Of a DNA stretch of 64,000 bases, positions 22,069 to 32,221 are shown piece after piece (within the stretch, counting starts at the first letter, position 1; every line of letters begins with the position of its first letter). The position numbers and the translations under genes were made by a program. The stretch comes from Azolla caroliniana. Its lineage: Eukaryota; Plantae; Polypodiophyta. The stretch covers positions 21,638,001 through 21,702,000 of the forward strand of contig JBHGNT010000006.1 of NCBI GenBank assembly GCA_043228905.1. Reading direction: 5' to 3'. Under the pieces are notes generated by a model. That model was not told the origin of the DNA. It did not search any database and saw nothing but the letters and a program-made list of their open reading frames with translations.

Positions 22069-25000
22069 TCACTTCGGCATGGGATGTCTTTCCAGTCCGA
22101 CCCTCTTCCGGCACGCTTCTAGCTTGTCGGGTGTGAGCACTTTGGTCAGCATATCTGACCCGTTCTCGTCCGTGTGGATCTTCGTCAGCACGAACTCCTG
22201 GTCTTCTATCCTTTCCCGGATCCAGTGATATCTTCGCTGGATGTGCTTCGTCCGGGAGTGATAGGCCGCGTTCTTCGCAAGGTGGATGGCACTCTGACTG
22301 TCGCAGTAGAGTCGGTACTCCTCCTGCCGGATACCGAGCTCTCTAATGAAGTCCTTCATCCATATTATTTCCTTGCCGGCTTCAACAGCCGCCATGTACT
22401 CCGCCTCCGTGGTTGACAATGCAACCGTCTTCTGCAGCCTCGACTGCCATGAAACAGCTCCCCCTGCATACGTCATCACATACCCTGATGTGGACCGGCT
22501 GGTATCTGCATCAGCCGACATATCCGAATCGGTGAAACCGTCGAGTTCGGGCTTTCCGGAGCCGAATCGGAGGCACACGTTTGCCGTGCCCTTCAGGTAT
22601 CGGAGTATCCATTTGACCGCGTTCCAATGCTCTTTGCCGGGATTGCTCATGTACCGGCTAACCACTCCAACTGCATATCCTATGTCTGGTCGGGTACACA
22701 CCATTGCGTACATCAAGCTCCAGACGGCAGAGGCATATGGTACTTTCATCATGTCCTCCTTCTCAGCCTTTGTCTTGGGGCTTTGCTTGCTGGACAGCTT
22801 GCAGTTTGTCGGGAGTGTTGACCCGACCGGTCTTGCCTCCGACATGTTGAACCGGTGAAGCACCTTTGTCACGTACTTCTCCTGTGACAGCCACAACTGC
22901 TTCTTCTTCCGGTCCCGGATGATGTGCATCCCTAGTATTTGCCTCGCCGGACCCAGGTCTTTCATTGAGAAGGTTCGGTGAAGGGCCTTCTTAAGCATCC
23001 GTATCTTGGCCTGGTCCCGTCCGACGATCAGCATGTCGTCCACGTACAGGAGGAGTATTAGAAAGTCTCCTCCTTCGAACTTCTTCACAAACACGCAGTG
23101 ATCGGACTGCGTTTTGTGGTACCCTTCGTCTGTCATGAAGGAGTCGAACTTCCGGTACCATTGCCGGGGAGCCTGCTTTAGACCGTAAAGGCTCTTCTTC
23201 AACCGGCATACCAGGTGCTCCTTCCCTTTCTTCTCGAATCCTTCCGGTTGCTGCATGTAGATCTCTTCTTCGAGGTCACCGTGAAGGAATGCCGTCTTCA
23301 CGTCCATCTGTTCTACCTCGAGGTCCATGCTTGCCGCTATGCTCAGCACCGTCCGGATGGAGGTCATCTTCACTACCGGGGCAAATATCTCGTCGAAGTC
23401 GACGCCCTTCTTCTGCTGAAACCCCTTCACCACGATCCTGGCTTTGTATCTCGGGGGGTTTCCGGCATCTCCCGGTTTCAGCTTGAACACCCACTTGTTA
23501 CGGAGTGCCCGTTTTCCTTTCGGCAACTCCACAAGTTCATATGTGTGGTTCTCATGCAGGGAATCCATCTCCTCCTGCATGGCACTCAACCACCTGCGGC
23601 TCTGGGTGTCATGCTTTGCTTCTTCAAAGCTCTCCGGCTCCCCCTCGTCGGTTAGCAGCACGTGCTCTGGTTCCGGAAATCTCCGGGGGGCCCTTCTCTC
23701 TCTTAGAGGATATCTCCGTTCCGGGGCTTCGGTAACCGGCTCCTCCGTTTCCTCTTCATCCGAATCCATTTCGGGATCGGGGCCGGTTCCGGTATCAGTT
23801 TCATCTTCCTCGGCCGGTTCTGTTTCTTCACCGTCTTCGGCCGGATCCTCGAGTGCTAACCGGTCCCTTGCCGGTCGGGATTGCTCCTCGTAGAGTTGAT
23901 TCTCACCGGTCGGCTTGGAGCTCTTCATCTTCTTCTCCGACTCCCAGTCGGCGAGTGTCTTGTCCTCCATGAAGATGATATCTCGACTCCTGAATATCTT
24001 CTTGTCGACCGGGTCCCATACTCGGTAGCCGAACTCGTCGTCGCCGTAACCGAGGAATATGCATGGCCGGGTCTTTGGATCTAACTTTCCTCTCCGGTCC
24101 TTTGCCACATGCACGTATGCGAGACACCCGAACACCTTCAGATGCCGGTAAGATACTTCCCTACCGGTCCACACTCTCTGCGGCGTGTCTCCGTCCAAAG
24201 GTACTGAGGGTGATCTGTTTATCACGTACGTCGCCGTCGACATTGCCTCAGCCCAAAACCCCTTGGGTAATTTCGCATGCGCCAGCATACTCCGGACCCT
24301 CTCCATTATGGTCCGGTTCATCCTCTCGGCCAGCCCGTTCAGTTCCGGCGTCTTTGGCACAGTAAACTCGAGTCGGATTCCCTTCGAGCGACAGTACTCC
24401 TGGAACTGCCCCCGGTATTCCCCTCCGTTATCCGCTCGTATCGCTTTCAGCTTCTTGCCGGATTCCCTTTCCACTCTCGCGTGGAGTTCTTTGAAGACGC
24501 CCAACACTTGGTCCTTTGTCTTCAACGGTGCCGTCCACAGCTTCCGGCTGTGATCATCAATGAATGTCACGAAGTACTGGGCTCCGCCATGTGACTTCGT
24601 TTCTACTTGACACACGTCAGTGTGCACCAGCTCCAATGGTGCACTACGTCTCGTCGGTGGCCTTGAGTGGAAGGAGGTCCGGTTTTGCTTACCGGCCAGG
24701 CAGTCGGTGCACTTCTCCAGGTGCACATGCTTCACTGGAATAAGGTTGTCTTCTGCAAGCCTCTTCATCCCCTTCTCACTCATGTGGCACAGTCTCTTGT
24801 GCCACAGCTCACCGGCAGTGTCAGCTGCCACGTTCAACTCTTCCGGACACAACCGGGCATTCATAAGGTACAGTGTGTTGACTTTCCGGGCCCGAGCCAC
24901 TATCAGGCTCCCCTTGCTGAACTTCATTACGCCGTTCCGGATGCTACCTGTGTAGCCTTCATCGTCTAGCCTCCCGGCCGAAATCAGGTTCAATCGAACC

Positions 25001-26142
25001 TCCGGAACGTGTCGGACATCCTTCAGCAGCATTTTGCATCCGGTTGATGTCATCAGCCACACGTCTCCTATGCCGGCAATCCGGCACGTACCTTCATTTC
25101 CCATCCGGACACAGCCATGCACTCCGGCTGTGTAGGATGAGAAGTATCTTCTCTCCGGGGTCAGGTGGAACGATGCTCCGGAATCGACCACCCAGGTCGT
25201 CTCATCGCCGGCAACGTTTAGTTCACCTTCTTCGGTGATGAGCATGATCTCTTCTTCACTTGCCGCGAGTGCCGTCGTTCCTTTCCGGTCCTGCCCTCGC
25301 CGATCCGGACCTCTCCGGTCCGTGGATCCCCGGTATGCACCGTTTCGTTCCGGTGACTTCTTCGAATCGGTGTCGTCGGCTCCGTTGTCTTTTCGGTAAT
25401 GCCGACAATTCTTCCGGAAGTGCCCCGGCTTCCCACAGTGGAAGCATGTGGGTCTTCCTCTTGACTGCGACCGGGTCCCCGACTTCTCCCGTCTTTGCGG
25501 ACTCCGGTTCCATTGTCTTCCCCGATCCGATTCGGTAAGCAGCGCCTTCGGGTCGGAGGCCGGTTCTTTATCTCTCCGGCGCGCTTCTTCGTTCAAAATA
25601 CTTGTCTTTACCGTTTGTAGAGACAAGTTATCTTCGGTGCAGGAGGTGCTGAGAGTCACCACCAAGTTCTCCCAGCTTTCCGGCAATGTACACATCAGAA
25701 TGATGGCTTGCATTGCATCCTCCAGCGGGAACTTGATCGCCGCAAGCTGGTTCACGAATCCCATGAACGTGCTTACGTGTTCCACCATACTCTCGCCATC
25801 CCGGTACTTGAGGTTCACTATCTTCCTCATCAGGGAGGTCCGGTTCAACGCATTCTTCCTCTCGTAGAGGCCCGACAGCTTCCGCCACATCTCGTATGCG
25901 TTGGTGTCGTTCGCCACATGTTGTAGAACGCTCACGTCGACGTATTGCCGGATGGTTGCAACGGCTTTCCGGTTCAGAAGCCTCCATTCCGTCTCAAGTA
26001 CCCCCTTCGGTATTTCCGACCTGTCAATCGGTTCGTACAGGTCCCGAACAATCAGAAGATCCTCCATTTTGATCTTCCAGTCGGCGTAGTTCTGCGCATT
26101 CAGCACCATCATCCCCGGCTGCCCGCTGCTGCCGCCTTCCAT
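22069..26142 (-). CDS. Copia Gag-Pol polyprotein, 1357 aa from the first ATG (gag, Zn knuckle, PR, IN, RT, RNase H)
   Basis: CFHCGKPGHFRKNC, WVVDSGASFH, WHKRLCH..CTDC, HTDV/FIDD/ADNGGEY/NGLAER, MDVKTAFLHG, LYVDDML, ALSTTEAEY, RTKHI. No stops. Confidence 0.96.
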   Translation of the reverse strand: MEGGSSGQPGMMVLNAQNYADWKIKMEDLLIVRDLYEPIDRSEIPKGVLETEWRLLNRKAVATIRQYVDVSVLQHVANDTNAYEMWRKLSGLYERKNALNRTSLMRKIVNLKYRDGESMVEHVSTFMGFVNQLAAIKFPLEDAMQAIILMCTLPESWENLVVTLSTSCTEDNLSLQTVKTSILNEEARRRDKEPASDPKALLTESDRGRQWNRSPQRREKSGTRSQSRGRPTCFHCGKPGHFRKNCRHYRKDNGADDTDSKKSPERNGAYRGSTDRRGPDRRGQDRKGTTALAASEEEIMLITEEGELNVAGDETTWVVDSGASFHLTPERRYFSSYTAGVHGCVRMGNEGTCRIAGIGDVWLMTSTGCKMLLKDVRHVPEVRLNLISAGRLDDEGYTGSIRNGVMKFSKGSLIVARARKVNTLYLMNARLCPEELNVAADTAGELWHKRLCHMSEKGMKRLAEDNLIPVKHVHLEKCTDCLAGKQNRTSFHSRPPTRRSAPLELVHTDVCQVETKSHGGAQYFVTFIDDHSRKLWTAPLKTKDQVLGVFKELHARVERESGKKLKAIRADNGGEYRGQFQEYCRSKGIRLEFTVPKTPELNGLAERMNRTIMERVRSMLAHAKLPKGFWAEAMSTATYVINRSPSVPLDGDTPQRVWTGREVSYRHLKVFGCLAYVHVAKDRRGKLDPKTRPCIFLGYGDDEFGYRVWDPVDKKIFRSRDIIFMEDKTLADWESEKKMKSSKPTGENQLYEEQSRPARDRLALEDPAEDGEETEPAEEDETDTGTGPDPEMDSDEEETEEPVTEAPERRYPLRERRAPRRFPEPEHVLLTDEGEPESFEEAKHDTQSRRWLSAMQEEMDSLHENHTYELVELPKGKRALRNKWVFKLKPGDAGNPPRYKARIVVKGFQQKKGVDFDEIFAPVVKMTSIRTVLSIAASMDLEVEQMDVKTAFLHGDLEEEIYMQQPEGFEKKGKEHLVCRLKKSLYGLKQAPRQWYRKFDSFMTDEGYHKTQSDHCVFVKKFEGGDFLILLLYVDDMLIVGRDQAKIRMLKKALHRTFSMKDLGPARQILGMHIIRDRKKKQLWLSQEKYVTKVLHRFNMSEARPVGSTLPTNCKLSSKQSPKTKAEKEDMMKVPYASAVWSLMYAMVCTRPDIGYAVGVVSRYMSNPGKEHWNAVKWILRYLKGTANVCLRFGSGKPELDGFTDSDMSADADTSRSTSGYVMTYAGGAVSWQSRLQKTVALSTTEAEYMAAVEAGKEIIWMKDFIRELGIRQEEYRLYCDSQSAIHLAKNAAYHSRTKHIQRRYHWIRERIEDQEFVLTKIHTDENGSDMLTKVLTPDKLEACRKRVGLERHPMPK

Positions 26143-26665
26143 TTTCTGCACTGCCGTCGCTCTGATACCAATTTGTTGGGAATCGACGTTTCGATTCTCC
26201 TTCGTCTCTTCGGCCACAACCGAGTAAGCGCGAATCAATGCAGCAGAAAAATAGGAAACCACAGAGAAAGACACGATACACAGGGATTAACGTGGAAAAC
26301 CCTAAACGGGAAAAACCACGGGAGTACAAGACTCCAAACCACTATACACAGAGAAGTATACAATGGCGAGCTACAAGGCGACAACCTTGAGCTCACTGTC
26401 TTCGCCACAGGCGGCGGTAATACACAGAGGCGTCGACCTCTTCCTTTCTCTCTCTCTCTCTCTCTCGGCTGCTCTCACTTCGCTCCCTCTAAGTGGAAAA
26501 ACAGAAAATGAGCAACAACTTACAGCAGCAATAAACAGTTTGCCCTAAGTCATATTTATACACATATGACTTTCGGGCTATTTACAAATATAGCCTCAAG
26601 GGCCCTTGGCAAACATATTCACAAATATGTCCCCGCATCCGGATCTCTCTCTCCGGGTACATTCG

Positions 26666-27994
26666 TCATCCGGCTCCGGGTACGTTCAGCTCTTCCGGAC
26701 ACAACCAGGCATTCATAAGGTACAGTGTGTTGACTTTCCGGGCCCGAGCCACTATCAGGCTTCCCTTGCTGAACTTCATTACGCCGTTCCGGATGCTACC
26801 TGTGTAGCCTTCATCGTCTAGCCTCCCGGCCGAAATCAGGTTTAATCGAACCTCCGGAACGTGTCGGACATCCTTCAGCAGCATTTTGCATCCGGTCGGG
26901 GTTGTCAACCATACGTCTCCTATGCCGGCAATCCGGCACGTACCTTCATTTCCCATCCGAACACAGCCATGTTCACCGGCTGTGTAGGATGAGAAGTATC
27001 TCCTTTCCGGGGTCAGGTGGAACGACGCTCCGGAATCGACCACCCAGGTAGTCTCATCGCCGGCAATGTTTAGTTCACCTTCTTCGGTGATGAGCATGAT
27101 CTCCTCTTCACTTGCCGCGAGTGCCGTCGTTCCTTTCCGGTCCTGCCCTCGCCGATCCGGACCTCTCCGGTCCGTGGCTCCCCGGTATGCACCGTTTCGT
27201 TCCGGTGACTTCTTCGAATCGGTGTCGTCGGCTCCGTTGTCTTTTCGGTAATGCCGACAATTCTTCCGGAAGTGCCCCGGCTTCCCACAGTGGAAGCATG
27301 TGGGTCTTCCTCTTGACTGCGACCGGGTCCCCGACTTCTCCCGTCTTTGCGGACTCCGGTTCCATTGTCTTCCCCGATCCGATTCGGTAAGCAGCGCCTT
27401 CGGGTCGGAGGCCGGTTCTTTATCTCTCCGGCGCGCTTCTTCGTTCAAAATACTTGTCTTTACCGTTTGTAGAGACAAGTTATCTTCGGTGCAGGAGGTG
27501 CTGAGAGTCACCACCAAGTTCTCCCAGCTTTCCGGCAATGTACACATCAGAATGATGGCTTGCATTGCATCCTCCAGCGGGAACTTGATCGCCGCAAGCT
27601 GGTTCACGAATCCCATGAACGTGCTTACGTGTTCCACCATACTCTCGCCGTCCCGGTACTTGAGGTTCACTATCTTCCTCATCAGGGAGGTCCGGTTCAA
27701 CGCATTCTTCCTCTCGTAGAGGCCCGACAGCTTCCGCCACATCTCGTATGCGTTGGTGTCGTTCGCCACATGTTGTAGAACGCTCACGTCGACGTATTGC
27801 CGGATGGTTGCAACGGCTTTCCGGTTCAGAAGCCTCCATTCCGTCTCAAGTACCCCCTTCGGTATTTCCGACCTGTCAATCGGTTCGTACAGGTCCCGAA
27901 CAATCAGAAGATCCTCCATTTTGATCTTCCAGTCGGCGTAGTTCTGCGCATTCAGCACCATCATCCCCGGCTGCCCGCTGCTGCCGCCTTCCAT
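26666..27994 (-). CDS. Gag+protease-only ORF, 442 aa (array copy)
   Basis: Same ATG as gag-pol, with knuckle and DSGAS intact. Ends ...EELNVPGAG* in the downstream truncated LTR. Confidence 0.8.
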   Translation of the reverse strand: MEGGSSGQPGMMVLNAQNYADWKIKMEDLLIVRDLYEPIDRSEIPKGVLETEWRLLNRKAVATIRQYVDVSVLQHVANDTNAYEMWRKLSGLYERKNALNRTSLMRKIVNLKYRDGESMVEHVSTFMGFVNQLAAIKFPLEDAMQAIILMCTLPESWENLVVTLSTSCTEDNLSLQTVKTSILNEEARRRDKEPASDPKALLTESDRGRQWNRSPQRREKSGTRSQSRGRPTCFHCGKPGHFRKNCRHYRKDNGADDTDSKKSPERNGAYRGATDRRGPDRRGQDRKGTTALAASEEEIMLITEEGELNIAGDETTWVVDSGASFHLTPERRYFSSYTAGEHGCVRMGNEGTCRIAGIGDVWLTTPTGCKMLLKDVRHVPEVRLNLISAGRLDDEGYTGSIRNGVMKFSKGSLIVARARKVNTLYLMNAWLCPEELNVPGAG

Positions 27995-28517
27995 TTTCTG
28001 CACTGCCGTCGCTCTGATACCAATTTGTTGGGAATCGACGTTTCGATTCTCCTTCGTCTCTTCGGCCACAACCGAGTAAGCGCGAATCAATGCAGCAGAA
28101 AAATAGGAAACCACAGAGAAAGACACGATACACAGGGATTAACGTGGAAAACCCTAAACGGGAAAAACCACGGGAGTACAAGACTCCAAACCACTATACA
28201 CAGAGAAGTATACAATGGCGAGCTACAAGGCGACAACCTTGAGCTCACTGTCTTCGCCACAGGCGGCGGTAATACACAGAGGCGTCGACCTCTTCCTTTC
28301 TCTCTCTCTCTCTCTCTCGGCTGCTCTCACTTCGCTCCCTCTAAGTGGAAAAACAGAAAATGAGCAACAACTTACAGCAGCAATAAACAGTTTGCCCTAA
28401 GTCATATTTATACACATATGACTTTCGGGCTATTTACAAATATAGCCTCAAGGGCCCTTGGCAAACATATTCACAAATATGTCCCCGCATCCGGATCTCT
28501 CTCTCCGGGTACATTCG

Positions 28518-29846
28518 TCATCCGGCTCCGGGTACGTTCAGCTCTTCCGGACACAACCAGGCATTCATAAGGTACAGTGTGTTGACTTTCCGGGCCCGAG
28601 CCACTATCAGGCTTCCCTTGCTGAACTTCATTACGCCGTTCCGGATGCTACCTGTGTAGCCTTCATCGTCTAGCCTCCCGGCCGAAATCAGGTTTAATCG
28701 AACCTCCGGAACGTGTCGGACATCCTTCAGCAGCATTTTGCATCCGGTCGGGGTTGTCAACCATACGTCTCCTATGCCGGCAATCCGGCACGTACCTTCA
28801 TTTCCCATCCGAACACAGCCATGTTCACCGGCTGTGTAGGATGAGAAGTATCTCCTTTCCGGGGTCAGGTGGAACGACGCTCCGGAATCGACCACCCAGG
28901 TAGTCTCATCGCCGGCAATGTTTAGTTCACCTTCTTCGGTGATGAGCATGATCTCCTCTTCACTTGCCGCGAGTGCCGTCGTTCCTTTCCGGTCCTGCCC
29001 TCGCCGATCCGGACCTCTCCGGTCCGTGGCTCCCCGGTATGCACCGTTTCGTTCCGGTGACTTCTTCGAATCGGTGTCGTCGGCTCCGTTGTCTTTTCGG
29101 TAATGCCGACAATTCTTCCGGAAGTGCCCCGGCTTCCCACAGTGGAAGCATGTGGGTCTTCCTCTTGACTGCGACCGGGTCCCCGACTTCTCCCGTCTTT
29201 GCGGACTCCGGTTCCATTGTCTTCCCCGATCCGATTCGGTAAGCAGCGCCTTCGGGTCGGAGGCCGGTTCTTTATCTCTCCGGCGCGCTTCTTCGTTCAA
29301 AATACTTGTCTTTACCGTTTGTAGAGACAAGTTATCTTCGGTGCAGGAGGTGCTGAGAGTCACCACCAAGTTCTCCCAGCTTTCCGGCAATGTACACATC
29401 AGAATGATGGCTTGCATTGCATCCTCCAGCGGGAACTTGATCGCCGCAAGCTGGTTCACGAATCCCATGAACGTGCTTACGTGTTCCACCATACTCTCGC
29501 CGTCCCGGTACTTGAGGTTCACTATCTTCCTCATCAGGGAGGTCCGGTTCAACGCATTCTTCCTCTCGTAGAGGCCCGACAGCTTCCGCCACATCTCGTA
29601 TGCGTTGGTGTCGTTCGCCACATGTTGTAGAACGCTCACGTCGACGTATTGCCGGATGGTTGCAACGGCTTTCCGGTTCAGAAGCCTCCATTCCGTCTCA
29701 AGTACCCCCTTCGGTATTTCCGACCTGTCAATCGGTTCGTACAGGTCCCGAACAATCAGAAGATCCTCCATTTTGATCTTCCAGTCGGCGTAGTTCTGCG
29801 CATTCAGCACCATCATCCCCGGCTGCCCGCTGCTGCCGCCTTCCAT
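28518..29846 (-). CDS. Gag+protease-only ORF, 442 aa (array copy)
   Basis: Translation identical to 26666-27994. Confidence 0.8.
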   Translation of the reverse strand: MEGGSSGQPGMMVLNAQNYADWKIKMEDLLIVRDLYEPIDRSEIPKGVLETEWRLLNRKAVATIRQYVDVSVLQHVANDTNAYEMWRKLSGLYERKNALNRTSLMRKIVNLKYRDGESMVEHVSTFMGFVNQLAAIKFPLEDAMQAIILMCTLPESWENLVVTLSTSCTEDNLSLQTVKTSILNEEARRRDKEPASDPKALLTESDRGRQWNRSPQRREKSGTRSQSRGRPTCFHCGKPGHFRKNCRHYRKDNGADDTDSKKSPERNGAYRGATDRRGPDRRGQDRKGTTALAASEEEIMLITEEGELNIAGDETTWVVDSGASFHLTPERRYFSSYTAGEHGCVRMGNEGTCRIAGIGDVWLTTPTGCKMLLKDVRHVPEVRLNLISAGRLDDEGYTGSIRNGVMKFSKGSLIVARARKVNTLYLMNAWLCPEELNVPGAG

Positions 29847-30369
29847 TTTCTGCACTGCCGTCGCTCTGATACCAATTTGTTGGGAATCGACGTTTCGATT
29901 CTCCTTCGTCTCTTCGGCCACAACCGAGTAAGCGCGAATCAATGCAGCAGAAAAATAGGAAACCACAGAGAAAGACACGATACACAGGGATTAACGTGGA
30001 AAACCCTAAACGGGAAAAACCACGGGAGTACAAGACTCCAAACCACTATACACAGAGAAGTATACAATGGCGAGCTACAAGGCGACGACCTTGAGCTCAC
30101 TGTCTTCGCCACAGGCGGCGGTAATACACAGAGGCGTCGACCTCTTCCTTTCTCTCTCTCTCTCTCTCTCGGCTGCTCTCACTTCGCTCCCTCTAAGTGG
30201 AAAAACAGAAAATGAGCAACAACTTACAGCAGCAATAAACAGTTTGCCCTAAGTCATATTTATACACATATGACTTTCGGGCTATTTACAAATATAGCCT
30301 CAAGGGCCCTTGGCAAACATATTCACAAATATGTCCCCGCATCCGGATCTCTCTCTCCGGGTACATTCG

Positions 30370-31698
30370 TCATCCGGCTCCGGGTACGTTCAGCTCTTCC
30401 GGACACAACCAGGCATTCATAAGGTACAGTGTGTTGACTTTCCGGGCCCGAGCCACTATCAGGCTTCCCTTGCTGAACTTCATTACGCCGTTCCGGATGC
30501 TACCTGTGTAGCCTTCATCGTCTAGCCTCCCGGCCGAAATCAGGTTTAATCGAACCTCCGGAACGTGTCGGACATCCTTCAGCAGCATTTTGCATCCGGT
30601 CGGGGTTGTCAACCATACGTCTCCTATGCCGGCAATCCGGCACGTACCTTCATTTCCCATCCGAACACAGCCATGTTCACCGGCTGTGTAGGATGAGAAG
30701 TATCTCCTTTCCGGGGTCAGGTGGAACGACGCTCCGGAATCGACCACCCAGGTAGTCTCATCGCCGGCAATGTTTAGTTCACCTTCTTCGGTGATGAGCA
30801 TGATCTCCTCTTCACTTGCCGCGAGTGCCGTCGTTCCTTTCCGGTCCTGCCCTCGCCGATCCGGACCTCTCCGGTCCGTGGCTCCCCGGTATGCACCGTT
30901 TCGTTCCGGTGACTTCTTCGAATCGGTGTCGTCGGCTCCGTTGTCTTTTCGGTAATGCCGACAATTCTTCCGGAAGTGCCCCGGCTTCCCACAGTGGAAG
31001 CATGTGGGTCTTCCTCTTGACTGCGACCGGGTCCCCGACTTCTCCCGTCTTTGCGGACTCCGGTTCCATTGTCTTCCCCGATCCGATTCGGTAAGCAGCG
31101 CCTTCGGGTCGGAGGCCGGTTCTTTATCTCTCCGGCGCGCTTCTTCGTTCAAAATACTTGTCTTTACCGTTTGTAGAGACAAGTTATCTTCGGTGCAGGA
31201 GGTGCTGAGAGTCACCACCAAGTTCTCCCAGCTTTCCGGCAATGTACACATCAGAATGATGGCTTGCATTGCATCCTCCAGCGGGAACTTGATCGCCGCA
31301 AGCTGGTTCACGAATCCCATGAACGTGCTTACGTGTTCCACCATACTCTCGCCGTCCCGGTACTTGAGGTTCACTATCTTCCTCATCAGGGAGGTCCGGT
31401 TCAACGCATTCTTCCTCTCGTAGAGGCCCGACAGCTTCCGCCACATCTCGTATGCGTTGGTGTCGTTCGCCACATGTTGTAGAACGCTCACGTCGACGTA
31501 TTGCCGGATGGTTGCAACGGCTTTCCGGTTCAGAAGCCTCCATTCCGTCTCAAGTACCCCCTTCGGTATTTCCGACCTGTCAATCGGTTCGTACAGGTCC
31601 CGAACAATCAGAAGATCCTCCATTTTGATCTTCCAGTCGGCGTAGTTCTGCGCATTCAGCACCATCATCCCCGGCTGCCCGCTGCTGCCGCCTTCCAT
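30370..31698 (-). CDS. Gag+protease-only ORF, 442 aa (array copy)
   Basis: Translation identical to 26666-27994. Confidence 0.8.
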   Translation of the reverse strand: MEGGSSGQPGMMVLNAQNYADWKIKMEDLLIVRDLYEPIDRSEIPKGVLETEWRLLNRKAVATIRQYVDVSVLQHVANDTNAYEMWRKLSGLYERKNALNRTSLMRKIVNLKYRDGESMVEHVSTFMGFVNQLAAIKFPLEDAMQAIILMCTLPESWENLVVTLSTSCTEDNLSLQTVKTSILNEEARRRDKEPASDPKALLTESDRGRQWNRSPQRREKSGTRSQSRGRPTCFHCGKPGHFRKNCRHYRKDNGADDTDSKKSPERNGAYRGATDRRGPDRRGQDRKGTTALAASEEEIMLITEEGELNIAGDETTWVVDSGASFHLTPERRYFSSYTAGEHGCVRMGNEGTCRIAGIGDVWLTTPTGCKMLLKDVRHVPEVRLNLISAGRLDDEGYTGSIRNGVMKFSKGSLIVARARKVNTLYLMNAWLCPEELNVPGAG

Positions 31699-32221
31699 TT
31701 TCTGCACTGCCGTCGCTCTGATACCAATTTGTTGGGAATCGACGTTTCGATTCTCCTTCGTCTCTTCGGCCACAACCGAGTAAGCGCGAATCAATGCAGC
31801 AGAAAAATAGGAAACCACAGAGAAAGACACGATACACAGGGATTAACGTGGAAAACCCTAAACGGGAAAAACCACGGGAGTACAAGACTCCAAACCACTA
31901 TACACAGAGAAGTATACAATGGCGAGCTACAAGGCGACGACCTTGAGCTCACTGTCTTCGCCACAGGCGGCGGTAATACACAGAGGCGTCGACCTCTTCC
32001 TTTCTCTCTCTCTCTCTCTCTCGGCTGCTCTCACTTCGCTCCCTCTAAGTGGAAAAACAGAAAATGAGCAACAACTTACAGCAGCAATAAACAGTTTGCC
32101 CTAAGTCATATTTATACACATATGACTTTCGGGCTATTTACAAATATAGCCTCAAGGGCCCTTGGCAAACATATTCACAAATATGTCCCCGCATCCGGAT
32201 CTCTCTCTCCGGGTACATTCG

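Noticed and set aside
26143-26274. N-terminal 44 aa (MSFSVVSYF...) of the 1401-aa and 486-aa ORFs
   Set aside because: It starts at a non-ATG codon in U5 and runs through the PBS. The first ATG (26142) is the plausible gag start.
25945-26511. 188-aa antisense ORF and other small ORFs recurring every 1852 bp
   Set aside because: They recur only because the DNA is duplicated, lie in GC-rich antisense frames, and show no recognisable motifs.
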